DNA of 29,976 nucleotides from contig CAYVSR010000001.1 of the NCBI GenBank assembly GCA_964453125.1, positions 1,030 through 31,005 on the forward strand, in the 5' to 3' direction. Below are positions 1 through 9,525 of this stretch, one piece after another. The stretch is from an uncultured Phycisphaeraceae bacterium. Its GTDB lineage: Bacteria > Planctomycetota > Phycisphaerae > Phycisphaerales > UBA1924. Below the pieces are notes generated by a model. It searched no databases, was not told the DNA's origin, and saw only the letters and a program-made list of their open reading frames with translations. A program made the position numbers and the translations under genes. The stretch's first letter is position 1. The number at the start of each line of letters is the position of its first letter.

Positions 1-1
1 G

Positions 2-2101
2 CCATTCATCTTCGAGCAGCCGCTCGAGCCCTTCAACTCGGACAACTTCTGCTCCGCCGACTTCGACAACGACACCGACGTCGACGTGGCTGTCCTGTTC
101 ACCGACTTGCAGTCGCCGGTCTTTCCCACGACGGTGCGGATCTTCCTGAACAACGGCGCGGGCGAGTTTGCGCCGGGCCAGGTTCTCGCGATTCCCTCGC
201 CGTTCTTCGCGGACTCGCTCTCGGCTGGCGATGTCAACGGCGACACCAGACCCGACCTGCTCGCCGTCAGCGGCAGCGCAACCCACGTTCTCGCGTGCCA
301 GCCCAACGGCAGCTTCTTCTACTTCGACACCGCGACCGGCACGGTCTCCGCCTTCCCCACCACGCCCCTGCCCGGCGCGAACGCCGGCGTCATCACCCGC
401 TTCAACGCCGACACGGCGGGCGACCTCGTCTTCTCCCGGACCAGCGGCGGCGTGTCCGTGCGCCTGGGCAACGGCAACGGGACCTTCCAGCCGCCCGCGT
501 CGCTCCCGGGCATCTTCGCAGGGAACCTGGTGGTCGATGACTTCAACGCCGACGGAGTGAATGACGTGGTGATCGCCGGGCAGGGCCCGGGTGTCGTGTC
601 CATCTACCACGGCACGGGCTCGGGCGGCATCGGGGCGCCGCTGGACCTCGATGCATCCCAGTCGCCCGACCGGCTGGGCGTGTTCTACGCCCCGGGCGAC
701 ACCCGCCCCGACCTCTTCACCGTGCACAAGTTCAACAACGCGATCCAGTCCTACATCAACACCGATGCGGGGTGGCGGGTCGCGGACCGCGTCCCGTTCG
801 TCGACGAGAACGACGAGGGCATCTTTCCGCGCGACGCGACCTTCGCTGACGTCAACGGCGACGGTTTTCTCGATGTCGTCGCGTGCGGCGCCTCCGGCCA
901 CCTGAGCTTCACACTCAACGGCGCCGACGGCTCGGGCGCGCTGCTCCCCACGCGCTCGCTGGACATTGGGCCGGGGCTCGGGCGCATCGAGGCGCTCGCG
1001 CCGCTGGCGGGCCAGGGGGATGCGCGGCAGCCGATCGTCACGAGCGTCTTCAACTCGACAACCACGGCCGTGGCGCGCCTGGACACCTCGGTCAGCCCAC
1101 CCGCCTGGCTGATCGCCCAGGTGTTCAATCCGCCCTTCGCTGTCACCGACTTCGGCGTCGCCGACTTCAACGGCGACGGGCGCGAGGACATCGCCATCAG
1201 CCACGCGGCAGGAAACGGCTCGTTCACCGTCCGGTTCCAGAACGCCGCGGGCGTGTTCGACACCGAGCAGAACTTCGCGTTCGGGGGCGGGGCGTGGTCG
1301 AACATCCTCGTCGCGGACCTGGACCATGCGCTGGGGCTGGACGTCATCCTCGCCGACGGCGCCGGCGGCGACTTGCGCACGCTGCTCAGCGACGGCGTCG
1401 GCGGCTTCGCGCCCGGCTTCACGACGTCGTTCACGCCCACGCTCTCCTTGAACGTCGCGGCGAGCGACCTGAACGGGGACGGGATGGTGGAGATCATCGT
1501 CGGCGTTGGACCCGGCGGGGGCGACAACGGCTCGGTGCGTGTGCTCTCGCTCACCGGCGCGGGCGGGCTGGCGTCGACCTCGACGATCCCGACTTTCCGG
1601 CGCCCCGTGCGCGTGGGCGCGGGCGACTACGACGGCGACGGGCGAACCGATATCTCCTTCGGCTTGCAGGCGGCCACCCCGTTCGCCGACGGCGCGCTGG
1701 GCGTCATCCTCAACACGCCCACGGGCATCGCGGGTGGCGTGCCGACCTATTACTACGCCAGCGGCGACACGAAGTGGGCGGACGTCGCCGACCTGCGCAA
1801 CCCGCTCTCGCGCGCCCGCAATGGCGGGCAGCCCGCGCTCACGGCGGTCGTCATGGGCCCTTCGCAGATCTCGCCGTATGAATCGATGACAATCCTCGAC
1901 TCGCTCTTCCTGGCGCTCCGGCCTTGCGAGGGCGATGCGAACGGCGACGGCGTGGTGGACTTCCTCGATCTGAACATCGTGCTGTCCGACTTCGGGCAGA
2001 GCGGCGCGCCGGGCGCGCTGCAGGGCGACCTCGATGACGACGGCGACTGCGATTTCGTCGATCTCAACATCGTGCTGAGCGCGTTCGGCGCGGCGTGCTG
2101 A
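2..2101 (+). CDS. FG-GAP/VCBS repeat secreted protein with C-terminal dockerin-like domain (5' partial)
   Basis: Frame is open from base 2 (PFIFEQPLEPFNSDNFCSADFDNDTDVDVAV...), so the start lies upstream of the window. Repeated Ca-binding blades: GDVNGDTRPDL, DDFNADGVNDV, ADVNGDGFLDV, ADFNGDGREDI, SDLNGDGMVEI, GDYDGDGRTDI. C-terminal CEGDANGDGVVDFLDLNIVLSDFG...GDLDDDGDCDFVDLNIVLSAFGAAC. Confidence 0.9.
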   Translation, partial: PFIFEQPLEPFNSDNFCSADFDNDTDVDVAVLFTDLQSPVFPTTVRIFLNNGAGEFAPGQVLAIPSPFFADSLSAGDVNGDTRPDLLAVSGSATHVLACQPNGSFFYFDTATGTVSAFPTTPLPGANAGVITRFNADTAGDLVFSRTSGGVSVRLGNGNGTFQPPASLPGIFAGNLVVDDFNADGVNDVVIAGQGPGVVSIYHGTGSGGIGAPLDLDASQSPDRLGVFYAPGDTRPDLFTVHKFNNAIQSYINTDAGWRVADRVPFVDENDEGIFPRDATFADVNGDGFLDVVACGASGHLSFTLNGADGSGALLPTRSLDIGPGLGRIEALAPLAGQGDARQPIVTSVFNSTTTAVARLDTSVSPPAWLIAQVFNPPFAVTDFGVADFNGDGREDIAISHAAGNGSFTVRFQNAAGVFDTEQNFAFGGGAWSNILVADLDHALGLDVILADGAGGDLRTLLSDGVGGFAPGFTTSFTPTLSLNVAASDLNGDGMVEIIVGVGPGGGDNGSVRVLSLTGAGGLASTSTIPTFRRPVRVGAGDYDGDGRTDISFGLQAATPFADGALGVILNTPTGIAGGVPTYYYASGDTKWADVADLRNPLSRARNGGQPALTAVVMGPSQISPYESMTILDSLFLALRPCEGDANGDGVVDFLDLNIVLSDFGQSGAPGALQGDLDDDGDCDFVDLNIVLSAFGAAC

Positions 2102-2139
2102 GACGGCGCGGGTGGATCAGGCGCAGACGTGAGACTGCG

Positions 2140-2237
2140 GCGCCCCGCTGGGGCGCTGGCGCGCGGGCGACCACCATCCACGGGCGCGCGGCGAAGCGCC
2201 GCGGCCCGTGGCAACGATCTGTCGCCCCGCTGGGGCG
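2140..2237. repeat. Composite REP-like palindromic element (short palindrome, long hairpin, short palindrome)
   Basis: GCGCCCC-GCT-GGGGCGC at 2140-2156; CCACGGGC(G)CGCGGCG-AAG-CGCCGCG-GCCCGTGG at 2178-2211; CGCCCC-GCT-GGGGCG again at 2223-2237. Intergenic. Confidence 0.7.
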
Positions 2238-2310
2238 GAAACCGAGGCCGGGGACGGAGGTGAGCACGCCCGCCGCTCGCGGCCGCGCTGCATCCGCCGC
2301 GCGCCCCGAC

Positions 2311-2319
2311 TGGTACGCT
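2311..2319 (+). promoter_or_regulatory. Putative extended -10 element (TGn-TACGCT), 8 nt before the DUF885 ATG
   Basis: TGGTACGCT at 2311-2319, ATG at 2328, no Shine-Dalgarno between them. Confidence 0.55.
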
Positions 2320-2327
2320 TCGCTGTT

Positions 2328-4259
2328 ATGACGACCACCACGCGCTTCGTTGTCGCCTCCCTCCTCCTCGTCGCCGGCCTGCCCCTCGCCTCCTGCAACC
2401 AGCAGCGCGCCACGGACGCGACCGCGACGGGCGGCGCATCGCGCGCCACGTCGCGCTCCAGCGCGGACGGCGCCCTGCTCGCCCTGCTCGACGAGGACGA
2501 CCAGGCGTCGCTGAAGCGCAACCCGATCGAGGCGACGCGCCGCGGCGACCGGCGCTACGACGCGCTGCTGCCCGATGTCTCCAGCGCGGGCGCCCGGGCC
2601 GCGACGGAGGACGCGAAGGGGCGCCTCGCCTCCCTCGCGAAGATCGACCGGGCGGCGCTCACGCCGGCCAACCGAGTCAGCGCGGCGCTGCTGGAGCGTG
2701 AGCTGACCGACCGCGTCGAGGGCTCGCGGTTCAACGGCTGGCAGGTGCAGGTGACGCAATTGGACGGCCCCCACCAGGACCTGCCCCAGCTGCCCGACCA
2801 CATCACGTTCACGGCGGAGAAGCACTACGAGGACTACTGCTCGCGCCTGGAGGCGATCCCCGCGTACATCGACACCTGCATCGCGGACATGCGCGAGGGG
2901 CTGAAGGCCGGCAACACGCCGCCGAAAGTGGTGATGGGCAAGGTGCACGAGCAGGCGCTCGAGCAGGGCGACGCGAAGTTCGCGGCGGACCCCGCCAGCC
3001 ACGACCTCTACAAGCCCTTCGCCAAGCGCGCGAAGAACGACGCGCTGGCCGCGCGGGCGAAGAAGGCCATCGCGACGGGCGCGGCGCCGGCGTTCCAGAA
3101 ACTGGGCGTCTTCCTGCGCGACGAGTACGTGCCCGGCTGCCGCGCGACCATCGCGTGCGCCGACCTGCCCGACGGCGCCGCCCGGTACCAGTTCAGCCTC
3201 AAGGTGATGACCACGACGGACATGACGCCCGAGCAGATCCACACGCTGGGGCTGTCGGAGGTGGCGCGCATCCGGGCCGAGATGATGACGGTGATCGCCC
3301 GGTCGGACTTCCCCGAGCGTGATTCGCTCAAGGGCGACGACCTGTTCCGCGCGTTCCTGACGTATCTGCGCACGAACGAGCGGTTCGTGTGCAAGACGCC
3401 CGAGGACCTGCTCGAGGGGTACCGCGACGTGGCCAAGCAGTGGGACGCGGAGATGCCCCGCATGTTCGGGCGCATGCCGCGGCTGCCCTACGGCGTGCGC
3501 GAGATGCCCGCCTTCATCGCGCCGACGCAGACGACGGCGTTCTATCAGTCGGGCTCCCTCGAGAACGGGCAGGCGGGGTTCTTCGTGGCGAACACGTACA
3601 AGCTGAACGAGCGGCCCAAGTACGAGATGGTGCCCCTCACGCTGCACGAGGCGTCGCCCGGGCACCACCATCAGATCGCGCTGGCGCAGGAGATGGAGAA
3701 CGTGCCGGAGTGGCGCAAGCGGCGCTGGCACACGGCGTACGGCGAGGGCTGGGGGCTGTACTCGGAGCGCATCGGGCTGGAGGTTGGCGAGGGGCGGCCG
3801 GACTCGGTCTACTCGCCGCGCCCCGCGAACGCGCCGGCGACGGCGCGGGTGAAGCCGGGCGAGGCGGGCTACAAGGGGATGTACCAGAACCCGTACGACG
3901 ATTTCGGGCGTCTGACGTACGAGATGTGGCGGGCGATGCGCCTGGTGGTGGACACGGGCATGCACGCCAAGGGCTGGTCGCGCCAGCAGGCGATCGACTT
4001 CATGCTGAACAACTCGGGCCTGACGCGCGAGAACGTGGAGCGCGAGGTGGACAGGTACATCGCGTGGCCGGGGCAGGCGTGCGCGTACAAGATCGGGGAA
4101 CTGAAGATCCGCGAGCTGCGCGCGTGGGCGGAGAAGGAACTGGGCCCCAGGTTCGACGTGCGCTCGTTCCACGACTGCGTGCTCGGCAGCGGCAGCGTGC
4201 CGCTGAGCGTGCTGGAGGAGATGGTGAGGGAGTGGGCGGCGGCACGGAAGGCCGGGTGA
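2328..4259 (+). CDS. DUF885 family lipoprotein (metallopeptidase-like), 643 aa
   Basis: Start reassigned to ATG 2328, which gives a signal peptide with lipobox LASC (Cys23). Family motifs HEASPGHHHQ, EGWGLYSE, WRAMRLVVDTGMH, EVDRYIAWPGQACAYKIG. Confidence 0.88.
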   Translation: MTTTTRFVVASLLLVAGLPLASCNQQRATDATATGGASRATSRSSADGALLALLDEDDQASLKRNPIEATRRGDRRYDALLPDVSSAGARAATEDAKGRLASLAKIDRAALTPANRVSAALLERELTDRVEGSRFNGWQVQVTQLDGPHQDLPQLPDHITFTAEKHYEDYCSRLEAIPAYIDTCIADMREGLKAGNTPPKVVMGKVHEQALEQGDAKFAADPASHDLYKPFAKRAKNDALAARAKKAIATGAAPAFQKLGVFLRDEYVPGCRATIACADLPDGAARYQFSLKVMTTTDMTPEQIHTLGLSEVARIRAEMMTVIARSDFPERDSLKGDDLFRAFLTYLRTNERFVCKTPEDLLEGYRDVAKQWDAEMPRMFGRMPRLPYGVREMPAFIAPTQTTAFYQSGSLENGQAGFFVANTYKLNERPKYEMVPLTLHEASPGHHHQIALAQEMENVPEWRKRRWHTAYGEGWGLYSERIGLEVGEGRPDSVYSPRPANAPATARVKPGEAGYKGMYQNPYDDFGRLTYEMWRAMRLVVDTGMHAKGWSRQQAIDFMLNNSGLTRENVEREVDRYIAWPGQACAYKIGELKIRELRAWAEKELGPRFDVRSFHDCVLGSGSVPLSVLEEMVREWAAARKAG

Positions 4260-4282
4260 GGGACGGCGATTCCGATCGGGGC

Positions 4283-4288
4283 TAGACT
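4283..4288 (+). promoter_or_regulatory. Putative -10 element (TAGACT) for the desaturase gene
   Basis: TANNNT hexamer in the short intergenic region after the DUF885 stop. No -35 identified. Confidence 0.35.
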
Positions 4289-4360
4289 CCGGTTGTCCGA
4301 GGCGCACGGCGCGTGCCATGCGGGCCGATGCTGGGCCGGGGAGCCCCGAAGGAATCCCGC

Positions 4361-5359
4361 GTGCAACCCGACGATGCGCTGTACGGCCTTCACGCCGAGG
4401 TCCTCCAGAGCATGCAGACGGAGGTGCGCGAGCGCCTCACGCTGCTCACGCCCCTGGACGAGGCGTGGCAGCCGGCCGACTTTCTCCCCGATTTCTCGCG
4501 CGAGGCGTGGCGCGACGACCTGAACTCGCTCCGCGAGGGCGCGCAGTCGCTCAACGACGAGACGCTGGTCGTGCTGGTGGGCGACATGGTCACGGAAGAG
4601 GCGCTGCCAAGCTACGCGGTGTCCCTCAACACCATCGCGCAGGACCTCAACGGCGCGTCGGACAGGCCGTGGGCGGTGTGGCTGCGCGGCTGGACGGCGG
4701 AGGAGAACCGGCACGGCGACCTGCTCAACGCGTACCTGCGCCTCACCGGTCGCGTGGACATGCGCGCCGTCGAGCGCACCGTGCACCACCTGATCGCCGC
4801 GGGCTTCGACCCCAAGACGTACCCCGAGCCGTACGCCGGCCTGGTGTACACCTCGTTCCAGGAGCGTGCGACGCGGATCTCGCACGGCAACGTGGGCAAG
4901 ATGGCGTCGGAGCAGGGGGTGGAGTCTCTGGGGCGCATCTGCCGGCGCATCGCGGGGGACGAGGCGCGCCACGAGGCGTTCTACACCGCGATGATGGGCC
5001 TGGTGTTCGACCGCGACCCCGAGGGCGCGATGCTCGCCTTCCACGCCATGATGCGCACCGTGATCGCCATGCCCGGGCGCCTTATGCACGACGGTCGCGA
5101 CCCGGATCTCTTCGACCACTTCGCGATCGTGGCGCAGCGCATCGGCGTGTACACGGTGCGCGATTACGCGCAGATCATCGAGCACCTCGTGCGCGTGTGG
5201 GACATCGCCTCGCGCAGCGTGAGCGGCAAGGCCGCCAAGGCGCAGGAGTCGCTCCTCAAGCAGGCGGCGCGATACGAGTCGCTCGCGGAGCGCATCGGCG
5301 AGTCCCTCACCGCCCAGCCGCGCGTGCCCTTCGCGTGGATCCACGGGCGCAAGGCCTGA
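4361..5359 (+). CDS. Soluble acyl-ACP desaturase (di-iron, ferritin-like; plant stearoyl-ACP desaturase / mycobacterial DesA family)
   Basis: WQPADFLP, MVTEEALP, WTAEENRHGDLL (ExxH), SFQERAT, GDEARHE (ExxH). Start uncertain: GTG 4361 follows AAGGA, with in-frame alternatives at 4313 and 4328. Confidence 0.92.
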   Translation: MQPDDALYGLHAEVLQSMQTEVRERLTLLTPLDEAWQPADFLPDFSREAWRDDLNSLREGAQSLNDETLVVLVGDMVTEEALPSYAVSLNTIAQDLNGASDRPWAVWLRGWTAEENRHGDLLNAYLRLTGRVDMRAVERTVHHLIAAGFDPKTYPEPYAGLVYTSFQERATRISHGNVGKMASEQGVESLGRICRRIAGDEARHEAFYTAMMGLVFDRDPEGAMLAFHAMMRTVIAMPGRLMHDGRDPDLFDHFAIVAQRIGVYTVRDYAQIIEHLVRVWDIASRSVSGKAAKAQESLLKQAARYESLAERIGESLTAQPRVPFAWIHGRKA

Positions 5360-5391
5360 GCGCGCCCCGCGGCGCCGGACGGGCCCGGACG

Positions 5392-5397
5392 TAGCAT
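5392..5397 (+). promoter_or_regulatory. Putative -10 element (TAGCAT), 6 nt before ATG 5404
   Basis: TAGCAT-ggggtc-ATG, no canonical SD. Confidence 0.55.
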
Positions 5398-5403
5398 GGG
5401 GTC

Positions 5404-6918
5404 ATGACAATGCCCCGCTCGCGTCTCATTCGCTCGATCATTGTTATCGGCTTGGCGAGCCTCGCGTCCGCGCCCGCGCTCGTCGCGCGCCAGGGCGCGG
5501 ACGCCCCCGCGAGCGCGCCCGCGCCGGCGAACGCCGCCGAGCGCTGGAAGGGCGCCATCGCGCTGCCGGGCGGGCAGTCGCTCGATTTCGAAGTGGTCTT
5601 CACGCCGGCGCAGGGGGGCGCGGGCGGCTTCGGCGCCGCGGTGTCCATCCCCACGCAAGGCCTCGACGACGGCGCGTGCACGGGAGTGACCTACACCGAC
5701 GCGGCCATCGCGTTCACCCTCACGCTGCCCAGCCCCGAAGCCACGTGGCCGGCGTTCACCGCCATGCGCGACGGCGCCGACCCCGCGAAAGCCGCGGGCA
5801 CGATGCGCCAGGCCGGCATGGAGTTCCCCTTCACGCTCGAGCGCCTGAAGGAGGGCGAGACCGTCGGACCCAAGCGCCCGCAGGAGCCCAAGGCGCCATT
5901 CCCGTACACCTCGCGCGAGGTGTTCGCGCTCAACAGCGCCGACGGCACGAAGATCGCGGGCACGCTCACCATCCCCGAGGCGGGCGCGTTCGGACCCGGG
6001 CCGCACCCGGTGGCGCTGCTCATCACCGGCTCGGGCCAGCAGGACCGCGACGAGACCCTGTTGGGCCACAAGCCCTTCCTCGTGCTCGCCGACCACCTGA
6101 CTCGCGCGGGCGTCGCCGTGTTGCGCGTGGACGACCGCGCCGTGGGCGGCTCGACCTCGGGCAAACCGCTCGAGGAGTGCACGACGGACGATTTCGTGGG
6201 CGACGCGCTGGCGTGCGTCGAGCTGCTCAAGACGCGGCCGGAGGTGGACGCGAAACGCATCGGGCTCATCGGGCACTCGGAGGGCGGGCTGATCGCGCCG
6301 ATGGTCGCGGCGAAGTCGGCGGATGTCGCGTTCGTCGTGCTGCTCGCGGGGCCTGGGGTGAACGGGCGCGAAATATTGATGGAGCAGGTCCCCGCGGGCG
6401 CGAAGGCCGGCGGCGCGACGGAGGAACTGGTCGCGGCGATCCGCGAGCGCACGGGGGCCCTGCTCGACGCCGTCGCGGGCGGGGACGAGGACGCGATCCG
6501 CGCCGCCGCACGCGCGCTGGTCGAGGCCGACCCGGACACCGCGAAGGCCGACGCCGCCATGCTGGACCAGACCGCCCAGATGCTGGCGCAGCAGTTCTCC
6601 TCGGCGTGGTTCCGCCGGTTCCTGACGCTCGACCCGTGCGAGGCGGTGCGCAAGACGAGGGTCCCCGTGCTGGCGCTCAACGGCTCGCTGGACGTGCAGG
6701 TGCTGGCGTGGCAGAACCTCCCTCCGCTGCGCGCGGCGCTGGCCCAGGCGGGCAACGAGGACGTGACGATCGAAGAACTGCCCGGCCTCAACCACCTGTT
6801 CCAGACCGCCACCACCGGCGCGGGGGAGGAGTACGCCACGATCGAGGAGACGTTCTCGCCGGTGGCGCTCGAGAAGGTGAGCGCGTGGGTTCGACTGAAG
6901 ACGGGGCTGGCGAAGTAG
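5404..6918 (+). CDS. Secreted alpha/beta hydrolase (serine aminopeptidase S33-like / acyl esterase), 504 aa
   Basis: Signal peptide; GSGQQDRDE; nucleophile elbow GHSEGG; NGSLDVQV (Asp); GLNHLFQ (His). Confidence 0.88.
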   Translation: MTMPRSRLIRSIIVIGLASLASAPALVARQGADAPASAPAPANAAERWKGAIALPGGQSLDFEVVFTPAQGGAGGFGAAVSIPTQGLDDGACTGVTYTDAAIAFTLTLPSPEATWPAFTAMRDGADPAKAAGTMRQAGMEFPFTLERLKEGETVGPKRPQEPKAPFPYTSREVFALNSADGTKIAGTLTIPEAGAFGPGPHPVALLITGSGQQDRDETLLGHKPFLVLADHLTRAGVAVLRVDDRAVGGSTSGKPLEECTTDDFVGDALACVELLKTRPEVDAKRIGLIGHSEGGLIAPMVAAKSADVAFVVLLAGPGVNGREILMEQVPAGAKAGGATEELVAAIRERTGALLDAVAGGDEDAIRAAARALVEADPDTAKADAAMLDQTAQMLAQQFSSAWFRRFLTLDPCEAVRKTRVPVLALNGSLDVQVLAWQNLPPLRAALAQAGNEDVTIEELPGLNHLFQTATTGAGEEYATIEETFSPVALEKVSAWVRLKTGLAK

Positions 6919-6934
6919 GCGAGCGCGGCTCGCC
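6918..6934. terminator. Small hairpin in the gap between the convergent hydrolase and mutL
   Basis: GGCGAGC-GCG-GCTCGCC, no U-tract. Confidence 0.3.
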
Positions 6935-6938
6935 GAGC

Positions 6939-9014
6939 TCAGCCGCGCCCGAAGCGTTTCTCGAGTTCGCGCACGGTCAGGCGGATGCTCGTCGGCCTGC
7001 CGTGGGGGCATGACGAGGATCGTTCGACGCCCTCGCGGAGGTCGAGCAGCGCCGCGAGTTCGAGGCCGCTCATGCGGTCGCCGGCCTTCACGGCGGCCTT
7101 GCAGGCCATCATGTCGACGATCTCGTGGATGGCGCCTTCTTCGCTCGCGGGGAGGCCCTCCGCCTCGGCGCGCTCCAGCAGTTCGGAGATGAACTCGCCC
7201 GCCTCCACGCCGCGCTCGAAGAGCAGCGTGGGGAAGGCGTGCACCGCGATGCTCGTCGGCCCCATCGGTTCGGCCTCGACGCCGAGTCGCGCGAGCAGGG
7301 GCCTCAACTGGCCCAGCAGTTCGACCTGCGCGGGCGCGGCGTGCGCAACCGAGGGCGTCAGCAGGCGCTGGCTCTCGAGCGCTCCCGCCTCGCCCGGCGC
7401 GCCGACGCGCAGGCGCTCCATGATCGCCTCGAACATCACCCGCTCGTGCAGCGCGTGCTGGTCGACGATCACGATGCCCTGCTCGTCCTGCGTCACCACG
7501 AACGAGTTGTGCACCTGGAGCATCCGCGACTCGGGCCGCGGCGGGGCGACGAGCGCGGGCGCAGGGTCGACTGGCGCGCCGGCGGCGCTCGTGGCGCCGT
7601 TCGCGTGCGCCGGCGACGCATGCTCCGTCCCGTTCGCGTCTCGTTGATCCGGCGCTGCGCCGGCGTCTGCGACGTTCGGCTCGCCGGCGCGGCCCGCCTC
7701 CACTGCGTCGCGGACCGAGGCGTAGTCGAACCGGGCGCCGCCGGTTGGCGCGACGCGCTTGAAGTAGTCCGCGAACGCGCTCGCCGCGGCGCCGAGGCTG
7801 CGGCGCACGCCCCGCCCCGCGGCCTCGCCCGCGCCGCTCTGCGCCTCGCCCGAACCACCCCACACTCCCGCGCCGGGCAGGATCGCCCCGGGCTCGAACG
7901 ACCCGGCGCGCGAGCCGAACGCGCCATCGAGCGATGGGGTGAGGTCCGCCGCGCGCAGCGCATCGCGCACCGCCCGCAGCACAACGGAGTGCACCAGCCC
8001 CGAGTCGCGGAAGCGAACCTCCGCCTTCGTGGGGTGCACATTCACATCCACCGCCTCGGGCGCCATCTCCAGCAGCAGCGCCGCGGTGGGCTTGCGGTCG
8101 TGCGGCATGAGCCCGCGAAACGCCTCCTGCAGGGCGTGCTGGATCGTTCTATCCCGCACCGGCCTGCCGTTGACGTACACGCGCTGCGCCTTGGTCGTCG
8201 CCCGGGCGATCGCCGGCAGACCGACGAGCCCCCACAGCAGCGCCCCGCGCGAGTCGTCGAAGCGGTCGGCGCTCACCTCGAGCAGTTGGCCCTCGAGTTC
8301 GCGCCCCAGCACATCGAGGATGCGATCGCGGGCGCTCGGCGCCGCGGGCAGGTCGAGCACGCGCCGCCCGTCGCACGTGGCGACGAACCCGATGGAGGGG
8401 TGCGCGCACGCCAGATCGCGGGCGATGTCGATGCAGTGTTGTTGCTCGGTGCCGGGCGTGCGCAGGAACTTGCGCCGAGCGGGCGTGTTGAAGAACAGGT
8501 TGCGCACCTGCACGCTCGTGCCCACCGGCCCCGCCTCGGGCCGCGGCGGGCTCACACTGTCCCCCTCCGCTTCGATGGCCCACGCCCCCGCCTCGCCCCG
8601 CGTGCGCGAGCGCACCCGCACGCGCGACACGCTCACGATGGACGCCAGCGCCTCGCCCCGGAACCCCATGGTGCCGATGCGGTCGAGGTCGCTGGCGGAG
8701 GCGATCTTGCTGGTCGCGTGCGCGGCGAGCATGAGGGGGGCCTGCTCGAGGCCGACGCCGCAGCCGTCGTCCGTCACCCGGATGAGTTCGATGCCCCCCG
8801 CCTCGATCTCGAGGGTGATGCGCGTTGCGCCGGCGTCGATGGCGTTGTCGATCAGTTCCTTGACCACGCTCGCCGGCCGCTCGATCACCTCGCCCGCGGC
8901 GATCTGGTTGACCAGCAGGGGAGGGAGGACGCGGATGGGGCGCGCGGGCGAACCGCCGGGCCCCGACCCGGGCGCCGCAACAACCGCCTGCGCTGGCTCC
9001 GCCGCGCGGATCAT
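6939..9014 (-). CDS. mutL: DNA mismatch repair endonuclease MutL, 691 aa
   Basis: NQIAAGEVIERPASVVKELIDNAIDAGA, TMGFRGEALASI, VDVNVHPTKAEVRF, endonuclease motif DQHALHERVMFE, ACKAAVK, CPHGRP. Start reassigned to ATG 9014 (MIRAAEP). Confidence 0.97.
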   Translation of the reverse strand: MIRAAEPAQAVVAAPGSGPGGSPARPIRVLPPLLVNQIAAGEVIERPASVVKELIDNAIDAGATRITLEIEAGGIELIRVTDDGCGVGLEQAPLMLAAHATSKIASASDLDRIGTMGFRGEALASIVSVSRVRVRSRTRGEAGAWAIEAEGDSVSPPRPEAGPVGTSVQVRNLFFNTPARRKFLRTPGTEQQHCIDIARDLACAHPSIGFVATCDGRRVLDLPAAPSARDRILDVLGRELEGQLLEVSADRFDDSRGALLWGLVGLPAIARATTKAQRVYVNGRPVRDRTIQHALQEAFRGLMPHDRKPTAALLLEMAPEAVDVNVHPTKAEVRFRDSGLVHSVVLRAVRDALRAADLTPSLDGAFGSRAGSFEPGAILPGAGVWGGSGEAQSGAGEAAGRGVRRSLGAAASAFADYFKRVAPTGGARFDYASVRDAVEAGRAGEPNVADAGAAPDQRDANGTEHASPAHANGATSAAGAPVDPAPALVAPPRPESRMLQVHNSFVVTQDEQGIVIVDQHALHERVMFEAIMERLRVGAPGEAGALESQRLLTPSVAHAAPAQVELLGQLRPLLARLGVEAEPMGPTSIAVHAFPTLLFERGVEAGEFISELLERAEAEGLPASEEGAIHEIVDMMACKAAVKAGDRMSGLELAALLDLREGVERSSSCPHGRPTSIRLTVRELEKRFGRG

Positions 9015-9020
9015 GCGCCC

Positions 9021-9026
9021 ATCGTA
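9021..9026 (-). promoter_or_regulatory. Putative -10 element (TACGAT), 6 nt before the mutL ATG
   Basis: Minus strand reads TACGAT-gggcgc-ATG. Confidence 0.6.
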
Positions 9027-9098
9027 GGGGCCGGACGGTCCCGCTCCCGCAGCCGACACCCGTTCCCCAATCCGGCCGACCGCCCGCCGCGCCAGCCG

Positions 9099-9104
9099 TA
9101 CACT
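9099..9104 (+). promoter_or_regulatory. Putative -10 element (TACACT), 7 nt before the HIT ATG
   Basis: TACACT-cgccccc-ATG, back-to-back with the mutL promoter. Confidence 0.6.
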
Positions 9105-9111
9105 CGCCCCC

Positions 9112-9525
9112 ATGGCCGACACCATCTTCGCCAGGATCATCGCGGGCCAGATCCCCTGCCACCGGGTCTACGAAGACGCCCACGTGCTCGCCTTTCTCGA
9201 CATCAACCCCATCGCGCGCGGGCACACGCTGGTCATCCCCAAGGAGCCGGCCGAGACGCTCGACCGCCTCTCCGACGAGGCCGGCGCGGCGCTGGGGCGG
9301 GCCCTGCCGCGCGTCTGCCGCGCGGTGCTCAAGGCCACCGGGGCGACGGCGTACAACGTGCTGCAGAACAACGGGGTGTCCGCCCACCAGGCGGTGTTCC
9401 ACGTCCACTTCCACATCATCCCCAAGCACGAGGGCGCGGGGCTGGGCATCGGGTGGCAGCCCAAGGGGTTCGACCACAGCGCCGGGGCGGAACTGGCGAA
9501 GGCGATCGCGGGGGCGATCGGCTGA
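9112..9525 (+). CDS. HIT family nucleotide hydrolase (HinT-like), 137 aa
   Basis: TIFARIIAGQIPC, AFLDINP, GHTLVIPK, and the histidine triad HQAVFHVHFHIIP. Confidence 0.95.
   Translation: MADTIFARIIAGQIPCHRVYEDAHVLAFLDINPIARGHTLVIPKEPAETLDRLSDEAGAALGRALPRVCRAVLKATGATAYNVLQNNGVSAHQAVFHVHFHIIPKHEGAGLGIGWQPKGFDHSAGAELAKAIAGAIG

Noticed and set aside
7560-7940. Long Ala/Gly/Pro-rich segment inside MutL
   Set aside because: It corresponds to the normally variable, disordered linker between the ATPase and endonuclease domains.
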